Origin: Bacteroidota bacterium
GTDB lineage: Bacteria; Bacteroidota; Bacteroidia; Bacteroidales; UBA12077
Direction of reading: 5' to 3'
NCBI GenBank assembly: GCA_020049295.1
Contig: JAIFLC010000032.1
Location: forward strand, 1 to 60,124
DNA: 60,124 nucleotides
The notes under the pieces were generated by a model. That model saw only the letters and a program-made list of their open reading frames with translations. It made no database searches and was not told where the DNA came from. Below are positions 20,017-27,641 of the stretch, in pieces (within the stretch, counting starts at the first letter, position 1; every line of letters starts with the position of its first letter). Position numbers and translations under genes: made by a program.

Positions 20017-20093
20017 TAGATTTGTTTTTTAACGTTTACATTCTTTTTACTTCGCAATTGCTGAGTAGCTCCGGTTGCGGAAGTCTCAACAAT

Positions 20094-20456
20094 TTAGCGT
20101 GCTTTTGGCTGTCCAGGTTTTTTGCGTTCTACCTCTCGTGGATCACGGGTTAAAAATCCTTCTTTTTTCAAAGCTGGTCTGTACTCAGGATTAACTTCGA
20201 GTAATGCGCGTGAAACTCCCAAACGAACAGCTTCTGCTTGTCCTTTAACACCTCCACCAAAGATATTTACCTTAATATCATACTTGCCAATAAGGCTAAG
20301 TAAAATCAAAGGTTGTTTGGCAATATACTGAAGTGTTTCTGTTGGGAAAAAGTTTTCGATTTCGCGATCGTTAATTGTAAAATTTCCTTTTCCTTCGGTT
20401 AAATAAACTCGTGCCACAGCGGCTTTTCTTCTTCCTAAAGCATTCTTTACTTCCAT
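20094..20456 (-). CDS. rpsI: 30S ribosomal protein S9 (C-terminally short)
   Basis: 120 aa. GRRKAAVARV, GGG.KGQAEAVRLG and TRDPREVERKKPGQPKAR are canonical S9 blocks. The ORF stops directly after KAR and lacks the usual ...QFSKR end. Confidence 0.9.
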   Translation of the reverse strand: MEVKNALGRRKAAVARVYLTEGKGNFTINDREIENFFPTETLQYIAKQPLILLSLIGKYDIKVNIFGGGVKGQAEAVRLGVSRALLEVNPEYRPALKKEGFLTRDPREVERKKPGQPKAR

Positions 20457-20461
20457 ACTTG

Positions 20462-20920
20462 TTATTTAATAATTGAGTTTAAATCTACTACTTTTGGTTT
20501 TTGTGCTTCGTGAGGATGCTCGCTGCCTTCAAAAACATAAAGATTTCTGAATAATGCGCTACCAAGTCTGTTTTTTGGTAACATTCCTTTTACTGCGTTT
20601 TCAACTACTTTAATTGGTTTTTTTGCCATTAGTTTTTCTGCTGTCTCGATTCTCTGTCCACCTGGGTAACCTGTATGACGAATATATTCTTTGTCCTGCA
20701 GTTTGTTACCTGTTAATTTTACCTGACTGGCATTGATAACAATAACATTGTCACCACAATCAACGTGCTCAGTGAAAGATGGTTTATGCTTTCCTCTAAG
20801 CATAAAAGCGACTTTAGAAGCTAATCGGCCTAAAACCTCATCTTTTGCATCAACAATCACCCATTCTTTTTGAACGGTAGCTTTGTTGGCTGATACTGTT
20901 TTGTAACTTAATGTATCCAC
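20462..20920 (-). CDS. rplM: 50S ribosomal protein L13
   Basis: 152 aa. WVIVDAKDEVLGRLASKVAFMLRGKHKPSFTEHVDCGDNVIVINA is the L13 signature region. Confidence 0.95.
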   Translation of the reverse strand: MDTLSYKTVSANKATVQKEWVIVDAKDEVLGRLASKVAFMLRGKHKPSFTEHVDCGDNVIVINASQVKLTGNKLQDKEYIRHTGYPGGQRIETAEKLMAKKPIKVVENAVKGMLPKNRLGSALFRNLYVFEGSEHPHEAQKPKVVDLNSIIK

Positions 20921-20983
20921 TTTTACTCCTAACTTTTTAATTAATACCTATATACAAATATCCCTTGCTTTATTTTCGGATTG

Positions 20984-20991
20984 CAAAAATA
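20984..20991 (-). promoter_or_regulatory. Candidate -7 promoter box (TATTTTTG on the minus strand) for rplM-rpsI-rpsB-tsf
   Basis: Matches TAnnTTTG 64 nt upstream of the rplM ATG. Motif match only. Confidence 0.3.
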
Positions 20992-21186
20992 CAATTATTT
21001 TTTACAAATAAGCTAAATTATTAACAATTTATTTGTTAATAACGGGTTATTGTAAAATCATAAATTGCTCTCGTTAAATAAATTTAAATAACGAGTCGCA
21101 AAATTAATCAAATTATTTAATCCTGAAATTTTATTGCAAAAAGATTTAATCAATACGAATATTTTTTTGATTCATCGTTTGAATCG

Positions 21187-21194
21187 TATCTTTG
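21187..21194 (+). promoter_or_regulatory. Candidate -7 promoter box (TATCTTTG) for 21221-22822
   Basis: Matches TAnnTTTG 27 nt upstream of the ATG at 21221. Confidence 0.3.
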
Positions 21195-21220
21195 TTAATT
21201 ACTAAACTAAAAATTAATTA

Positions 21221-22822
21221 ATGACAATTTTTGGCATTTCGTTTAATCATTCTAAAATCTACTTTTGGGCTCTGGTTCTTGCTTCTGTGAGTTTACCCTT
21301 ATCCAAGTTTACATTATCAATATCTATAATTACACTACTTACAAATTGGGTTCTTGAAGGTGATTACGTAACGAAACTAAATCGTTTAAAAAAAAGTAGT
21401 GCTTTTTGGTCAATGGTAATAATTTTCCTTGTTCATGTTGTTTGGTTAACTAATTCAAACAATTATTCATATGCCTTTCATGATTTGAAAAATAAAATTA
21501 TTCTGGTTATATTTCCTTTCATTATCTTTTCATCAAGATCTGTTTCAAAAAAAGAATTTAAAAATATTCTTCTGTGGTTTTCTGCTGCTGTTATTGCCTC
21601 CAGTTTTATTAGCACTGCTGTTTTGGTTGGTTTTATTGATTCTCCGGCAAATAGCCCCAACGGTATTTCAATTTTTATATCACATATTCGTTTTGCTCTT
21701 TTAATAAATATTGCTATTTTCTCTATGGGATATTTGGCAATCTCAAAAGAATACCCAATATCAAATTCGATAAAAAAAGGATTGATTATCACTTTAGTAT
21801 GGCTGATTGTTTTTCTTTTCCTACTTAAATCACTTACTGGATTGGTTATTTTCTTAATTACATTATTTATAATTGTTGGGCTTATATCATTCAAAATAAA
21901 ATATATAGTTTACAGATTATTTGTTCAAGTTGCTTTGATAACCGTTTTTTTAATTACAGCATCTTTTTTAACTCATTCTATTTCGAAGTTTTATTCAATT
22001 GAAAAAGTTGATATTGAATTACTTGATAAATTTACCTCTTTAGGGAACCCATACGAGCATAACATTGCTGATAAACAAATTGAAAATGGGCATTATGTCT
22101 GGCTTTTTGTTGCCCCTCAAGAGTTAAAAACTGAATGGAGCAAAAGAAGTTCAGTCTCAATCCATGGAACTGATAAAAAAAGACAATTAATTTATTTTAC
22201 AGCTATAAGATATTTAACATCTCTGGGCCTCAGGAAAGATTCTACAGGAGTTTCTAAGCTCACCGATCAAGATATAAAAAACATTGAATCAGGCATGGCA
22301 AACTATATTTTTGCAGATAAATATGCTTTATACCCAAGAATTTATCAGGTTTTGTGGGAGATTGATGTATATAGGAAAAATCAGAATCCAGCAGGGAACT
22401 CTATTACGCAACGTATAATTTTTCTGAAAACAGCGGGTAAAATTATAAAAAAGAATCTTTGGACAGGAGTTGGAACTGGTGATGTACAGGACGAATTTAA
22501 CCGTCAATACAATGAGGATAATAGTCAGTTGCCTGAAAATAGAAGACATAGAGCTCATAATCAATGGGTAACGTTCTTGCTGACGTTTGGTGTTTTTGGT
22601 TTTTTAATCATCTTAATTGCATTTTTTTATCCTTTATTTCAACTAAAAGCATTTCGTTCCTATTTATTTGCAGTATTTTTTATTATTGCATTTTTATCCA
22701 TGTTAAATGAAGATACCTTAGAAACGCAAACAGGTATTTCGTTTTTTTCGTATTTTTATAGCCTTTTCCTTTTAGAAATAGAATTACTAAAAAGCAAACA
22801 GAAGAATGAACAAGATGACTGA
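21221..22822 (+). CDS. O-antigen ligase (Wzy_C)-like polytopic membrane protein
   Basis: 533 aa, at least 10 TM segments. It has a large soluble loop and an RRHRAHNQW block before the last TM helices, as in the O-antigen ligase/WaaL-like family. Confidence 0.65.
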   Translation: MTIFGISFNHSKIYFWALVLASVSLPLSKFTLSISIITLLTNWVLEGDYVTKLNRLKKSSAFWSMVIIFLVHVVWLTNSNNYSYAFHDLKNKIILVIFPFIIFSSRSVSKKEFKNILLWFSAAVIASSFISTAVLVGFIDSPANSPNGISIFISHIRFALLINIAIFSMGYLAISKEYPISNSIKKGLIITLVWLIVFLFLLKSLTGLVIFLITLFIIVGLISFKIKYIVYRLFVQVALITVFLITASFLTHSISKFYSIEKVDIELLDKFTSLGNPYEHNIADKQIENGHYVWLFVAPQELKTEWSKRSSVSIHGTDKKRQLIYFTAIRYLTSLGLRKDSTGVSKLTDQDIKNIESGMANYIFADKYALYPRIYQVLWEIDVYRKNQNPAGNSITQRIIFLKTAGKIIKKNLWTGVGTGDVQDEFNRQYNEDNSQLPENRRHRAHNQWVTFLLTFGVFGFLIILIAFFYPLFQLKAFRSYLFAVFFIIAFLSMLNEDTLETQTGISFFSYFYSLFLLEIELLKSKQKNEQDD

Positions 22823-23282
22823 TGAGAATTATATGCGAAAAGCGATTGAGCTTTCGATTAAAAATATTGATGAAAATGGAGGGCCTTTTGGAGCAGTTAT
22901 AGTTAAAGATGGCGAAATCATTGCTCAGGGTGTAAATCGTGTAACTTCAAATGTCGATCCTACAGCTCATGCCGAAGTAAATGCGATACGCGAAGCATCA
23001 AAAAAACTTGGTACATTCGATTTGAGTGGCTGTGTGATTTATTCATCATGCGAACCTTGCCCAATGTGCTTGGGAGCAATATACTGGGCTCATCTCGATA
23101 AATTGTATTATGCTAATACAAAGCAAAATGCAAAAGATATTGGGTTTGATGATTCTTTTATTTATGAAGAGATTGATCTTCCAAAAGAAAAAAGAAAAAT
23201 CCCCACTATCCAGATTCTAAACCAGGAAGCATTAGTTGCGTTTGAAAAGTGGAGAAAAATGGACAATAAAATTGAATACTAA
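22806..23282 (+). CDS. Guanine deaminase (CDA-fold, Bacillus GuaD type) / nucleoside deaminase
   Basis: 158 aa. Zinc motifs HAEVNAIREA and CEPCPMC. The GFDDSFIYEEI and ...EY C-terminus closely resembles the B. subtilis GuaD layout as I recall it. Confidence 0.75.
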   Translation: MNKMTDENYMRKAIELSIKNIDENGGPFGAVIVKDGEIIAQGVNRVTSNVDPTAHAEVNAIREASKKLGTFDLSGCVIYSSCEPCPMCLGAIYWAHLDKLYYANTKQNAKDIGFDDSFIYEEIDLPKEKRKIPTIQILNQEALVAFEKWRKMDNKIEY

Positions 23283-23285
23283 TCC

Positions 23286-23816
23286 ATGTCTCACGCCCGA
23301 TTTCAGGAAGATTTTTTTGGTAGAGATGTACTCGAAGTTATTCCCGAACTTTTAGGTAAGTATCTGATACGAAAATTCGATGATGGAACAATTCATAAAT
23401 ATTTAATTACTGAAATTGAAGCTTATCGGGGAGAAGAAGATCTAGCATGTCATGCGAGTAAAGGGAGAACTAACCGAACCGAGATTATGTATCACGATGG
23501 AGGACATTTATATGTGTACCTTATTTATGGCATTTACTGGATGTTGAATATCGTTACTGGTTCAAAAAACAATCCTCAAGCTATATTGATAAGAGGAATA
23601 GAGGGTTTTGATGGACCTGGAAAATTGACAAAACATCTTAAAATAGACAAATCATTTAACGGAGAAAATTTAGTTACTTCAGACAGAATGTGGATTGAAT
23701 CCAATACTGAAAAAATTAATGTTGGATTTAAAACCTATCCTCGCGTTGGCATTGACTATGCAGGTGAGATTTGGAAAAATAAACCCTGGCGATTTATCTT
23801 ATCTGATAATTTATAG
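23286..23816 (+). CDS. mpg: DNA-3-methyladenine glycosylase (Mpg/AAG family)
   Basis: 176 aa. ITEIEAYRGEEDLACHASKGRTNRTEIMY, GHLYVYLIYG, NIV, AILIRGIE and GPGKLTK blocks match the Mpg family. Confidence 0.85.
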   Translation: MSHARFQEDFFGRDVLEVIPELLGKYLIRKFDDGTIHKYLITEIEAYRGEEDLACHASKGRTNRTEIMYHDGGHLYVYLIYGIYWMLNIVTGSKNNPQAILIRGIEGFDGPGKLTKHLKIDKSFNGENLVTSDRMWIESNTEKINVGFKTYPRVGIDYAGEIWKNKPWRFILSDNL

Positions 23817-23889
23817 ATTAACAATTACGGCCACCTAGTCTATTTGCGAAAAGCTTGTATTTTTTATAACTTGTCATAAATTTTTATTT

Positions 23890-25401
23890 ATGAACAAGGT
23901 AAATACATACATTCTTGTTATAATTTTAATACTGATAAGTAATTCGTGTAATTCTCAAAATAGTAGTAAAACAGCGTCAATTGACAGACAACCCGTTGTT
24001 GCAGGATCGTTTTACCCAGACAACCCCGAAGAATTAAAAACAATGTTGGAATCGTTATTTGCCCGGGCAGAGAATGTTAAAACCCAAGATCCTGTTTTGG
24101 CAATTCTGGCTCCTCATGCAGGCTATATATATTCTGGTAAAGTAGCTGCATCAGCCTACAATCAAATTGATCCTAATAAAGAATATGAAAACATTTTTAT
24201 TCTAGCCTCAAGTCATCGGACTATATTTAGAGGAGCATCTATATATAATATTGGTGATTATATAACACCCCTTGGTAAAGTTAACGTGAACCAAAAACTT
24301 GCAACAGAGTTAATTGAAAAAAATGATGTGTTTGTTTTTAATCCTGATGCTCATTCAGCTGAGCATAGTCTTGAAGTTCAGTTGCCTTTTTTGCAATATT
24401 ACATGAAAAAAGATTTTCAGATTATTCCAATAGTAACAGGGACTCAATATCTGGATGATTGTCAGAAGATAGCAGAAGCTTTGTTGCCTTATTTTAATGA
24501 GAAAAATCTATTTATAATTAGCTCCGATTTTTCACATTATCCATCTTACGATAATGCAGTTCAAATTGATAAAAAAACGGGTGATGCCATTCTAAAAAAT
24601 TCGGTAAATGCCCTTGTTAATGCAATAAATGCAAGTGGATCCGAAAATATTGATAACCTGGCTACAAGTTTATGTGGATGGCCTGCAGTTGTAAGCTTGC
24701 TTTTTATTACTGAATCAATACCTGAAATAAAACCTATCCATATCGATTATCAAAATTCGGGTGATGAAACAAAAGATAAAAGCCGTGTGGTTGGTTATAA
24801 TGCTATTGCTTTTACAAAGAAAAACTCTCGAAATATGTCTGAAACAAAATTTGAACTTTCCAAAAAGGAAAAAAATGAATTATTAATTCTTGCCCGAAAT
24901 ACAATTGAAAGCTATTTAAAAACAGGTAAGATTCCCGAAGTTAGTGATAAAGATCTTACAACAGCAATGAAGGAAAATTGTGGTGCATTTGTAACTCTTC
25001 ACAAAGAGGGTGTCTTACGAGGATGTATAGGCAGGTTTTCTGCTTCAGAACCTTTGTATAGTGTTGTGCAACAAATGGCTATTGCTTCAGCTACCGAAGA
25101 TCATCGGTTTTCTGTTGTTACTCTTGATGAAATGAAAGTAATTGAGGTGGAGATTTCTGTTCTTACTCCAATGAAAAAGATCAATTCAATAGATGAGATT
25201 GAATTAGGTAAACACGGCATTTATATTAAAAAAGGATTTTATTCGGGCACTTTCTTACCACAAGTGGCTTCAGAAACCGGATGGACTATAGAAGAGTTTC
25301 TGGGATATTGTTCAAAGAACAAAGCTGGATTAGGATGGGATGGATGGAAAGATGCCGATATTTATATTTACGAAGCACTTGTTTTTTGTGAAAAAGAATA
25401 A
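23890..25401 (+). CDS. AmmeMemoRadiSam system fusion protein: Memo-like (protein B) N-terminal half plus AMMECR1 (protein A) C-terminal half, with signal peptide
   Basis: 503 aa. Signal MNKVNTYILVIILILISNSC. Memo motifs AGSFYP and APHAGYIYSG. AMMECR1 motif GAFVTLHKEGVLRGCIG. Confidence 0.85.
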   Translation: MNKVNTYILVIILILISNSCNSQNSSKTASIDRQPVVAGSFYPDNPEELKTMLESLFARAENVKTQDPVLAILAPHAGYIYSGKVAASAYNQIDPNKEYENIFILASSHRTIFRGASIYNIGDYITPLGKVNVNQKLATELIEKNDVFVFNPDAHSAEHSLEVQLPFLQYYMKKDFQIIPIVTGTQYLDDCQKIAEALLPYFNEKNLFIISSDFSHYPSYDNAVQIDKKTGDAILKNSVNALVNAINASGSENIDNLATSLCGWPAVVSLLFITESIPEIKPIHIDYQNSGDETKDKSRVVGYNAIAFTKKNSRNMSETKFELSKKEKNELLILARNTIESYLKTGKIPEVSDKDLTTAMKENCGAFVTLHKEGVLRGCIGRFSASEPLYSVVQQMAIASATEDHRFSVVTLDEMKVIEVEISVLTPMKKINSIDEIELGKHGIYIKKGFYSGTFLPQVASETGWTIEEFLGYCSKNKAGLGWDGWKDADIYIYEALVFCEKE

Positions 25402-27574
25402 TAAAACCAGTAAAGCCCTGCATAAAAATATCGACCATAAAATTCTGAGCTTTAAACCCGTAGCAATTATGCTCGGGTTTATAACATTTGTTACACAGGT
25501 AATTCTGTTGCGCGAACTACTTACTTTCTTTTATGGAAATGAGCTGACCATTGGTATTATTCTGGCAACCTGGATGTTATTAACTGGATTAGGAGCTTAT
25601 TTGGGGCGATTTTTTACCATCTTTAATAATCAAAGAGAACACATCTTTGGATTGTTGGGAAGTCTTGCATTTATTCCGTTTCTAACTGTTTTAGCATTGC
25701 ATTTTTTATCTCAACTGTTTTTTATTCCTGGAATAATGCTTGGTATACCAGAAACATTTTATTATACACTTTTAATTTTAAGTCCATTCTGTATTATCTC
25801 AGGTATACTTTTTACCTTGATTGCAAATGCAGAATCAGTTAACTTAAGGTCTAATCGTGTTGGGTTGGTTTATGCATGGGAATCAATAGGTTGTTTAATT
25901 GGTGGATTGGTTCTTAATTTTGTGTTAATATGGGTTTTATCAACATTTCAGAGCTTGTACGTTATAATGACTTTAGTGGTTTTTATTACTACAGTGCTTA
26001 GCTTTAGAAATAAAAATTTTCTGATTTCCGGAATTCTTATATTTATTTACCTGATTTTTAATGTCTTATTCTTAACCAATAATCTCGACAAGTCAGTTCG
26101 TCAGTTATCCTATTCATCGCAAACAATTCAATATATTAATGAAACACCATATGGGATTATTGTGGTTACCGATCAAGCTGAGCAGATAAATTATTATGAA
26201 AACAATGTTCTGATGGCTACTTCAGGAGATGTTGCTTTGCGCGAAGAATCTGTTCATTTTCCAATGGTTCAACATAATAATCCTGAAAATATCCTTGTTT
26301 TATCGGGCATAATCTCTGGAATTATACCCGAAATTATGAAATATCCTGTAAAAAGAATTGATTATGTAGATGTTAATCCAGGGGTTATCCAATTGGCAAA
26401 AAAGTATTTCACGATAGATTCAATCAACATTTTAACCCTTATAGAGAAAGATCCTGTAAGATATTTAAAGAAAACAACTGTTCTCTATGATGTTGTGTTA
26501 ATTAACCTACCCAAACCATCGACAATTCAGTTTAATCGTTTTTATACAGTTGAATTCTTTTCATTACTTAAAAACAGGTTAAATCCCGATGCTCTAATTT
26601 GCCTTTCAATGCCCTCGAGCTCTAATTATTTAAATGAGGAAACACAGAATCTATTATCAATAATAACGTCAACCCTTAGAATGGAATTTAAAAATACTCT
26701 GATTTTACCGGGGATGGAGGATTTTATACTCGCATCAGATAGCGAGATAAATAGCAATATAGCAGAACGAATAGCTAAATTGGACATACAAAATGAATAT
26801 GTTAATTCCTTTTATATACACGATGATTTGCTAAATGAGCGGAGCATAAAACTAATGAGTCATATTGATCCAGATGCTGCAATAAACAGAGATTTTAATC
26901 CAATTGGATATCAAAGCAGTATCAAATTATGGTTAAGCTTTGTTGATTTTAAATATTGGGTACCTGCTTTAATAATCTTTTTATTTGCAGGATTCTTTTA
27001 TTTTAAAGCTAATACATTGAATAAAGCAGTTTTTGCTGCAGGGTTTGCCGGCACAAGTATTGAAATATTGATTTTACTTGTCTTTCAGGTTTTGTATGGA
27101 TATGCTTATTTTGCAGCAGGTATTTTCTTTATGATATTTATGGGTGGACTGGCAATTGGTTCAATGCATTGGCAAAAGGTTTTCAAGAATGGTTCCGAAT
27201 ATTTGGTTGGAAAACTATTGTTTGTGATACTTATTTTTACTATTATTTTACCCTTGTTTTTCAAATCATCTAAGATGTTGGGTTTACCAGATAATTTAAT
27301 TCTGATAATTTTTATTTTGTTATTGTTTTTCATTTCCTTATTATCTGGAGCCATTTTTTCAATTTCAACATATCTAAGCAAAAAAGAAATAAAAATTCTT
27401 GCTTCCGATGCCTATGGATTAGATTTAATTGGTTCAGCTTCAGGAGCTTTATTATTGTCGGTATATTTTGTTCCCCTTTTAGGATTTAATTTAGCTCTTC
27501 TCGGTACAGGTTTTGTTTGCTTAATCTCATTGATCTTTATTTTAAAATCACCAAATCAAGCCAATAAGTGTTAA
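25340..27574 (+). CDS. Polytopic membrane protein with a central spermidine-synthase-like (class I MTase fold) domain
   Basis: Maximal ORF 744 aa. More likely starts are GTG 25388 or ATG 25469, which would avoid the overlap with the upstream gene. About 7 TM segments, then a soluble domain alignable by eye to SpeE (ILVLSGIISG...VDVNPGVIQLAKKYF...YDVVLINLPKPS), then about 6 more TM segments. Confidence 0.7.
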   Translation: MDGKMPIFIFTKHLFFVKKNNKTSKALHKNIDHKILSFKPVAIMLGFITFVTQVILLRELLTFFYGNELTIGIILATWMLLTGLGAYLGRFFTIFNNQREHIFGLLGSLAFIPFLTVLALHFLSQLFFIPGIMLGIPETFYYTLLILSPFCIISGILFTLIANAESVNLRSNRVGLVYAWESIGCLIGGLVLNFVLIWVLSTFQSLYVIMTLVVFITTVLSFRNKNFLISGILIFIYLIFNVLFLTNNLDKSVRQLSYSSQTIQYINETPYGIIVVTDQAEQINYYENNVLMATSGDVALREESVHFPMVQHNNPENILVLSGIISGIIPEIMKYPVKRIDYVDVNPGVIQLAKKYFTIDSINILTLIEKDPVRYLKKTTVLYDVVLINLPKPSTIQFNRFYTVEFFSLLKNRLNPDALICLSMPSSSNYLNEETQNLLSIITSTLRMEFKNTLILPGMEDFILASDSEINSNIAERIAKLDIQNEYVNSFYIHDDLLNERSIKLMSHIDPDAAINRDFNPIGYQSSIKLWLSFVDFKYWVPALIIFLFAGFFYFKANTLNKAVFAAGFAGTSIEILILLVFQVLYGYAYFAAGIFFMIFMGGLAIGSMHWQKVFKNGSEYLVGKLLFVILIFTIILPLFFKSSKMLGLPDNLILIIFILLLFFISLLSGAIFSISTYLSKKEIKILASDAYGLDLIGSASGALLLSVYFVPLLGFNLALLGTGFVCLISLIFILKSPNQANKC

Positions 27575-27641
27575 AAAATTTGCATTTGGCTTACATCAAC
27601 TTTAAATTTGATAGATACCTAAATTATTTCTAATTAATGCA

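Noticed and set aside
20921-21220. Possible structured ncRNA (SRP RNA, 6S or a ribosomal-protein leader) in the largest intergenic gap
   Set aside because: Only short AT-rich hairpins are present (for example CTCGTTA...TAACGAG). Nothing resembles a known RNA family, and the gap is better read as a divergent promoter region.
21478-21894. 138-aa minus-strand ORF
   Set aside because: It is antisense within the O-antigen-ligase-like gene. Shadow ORF.
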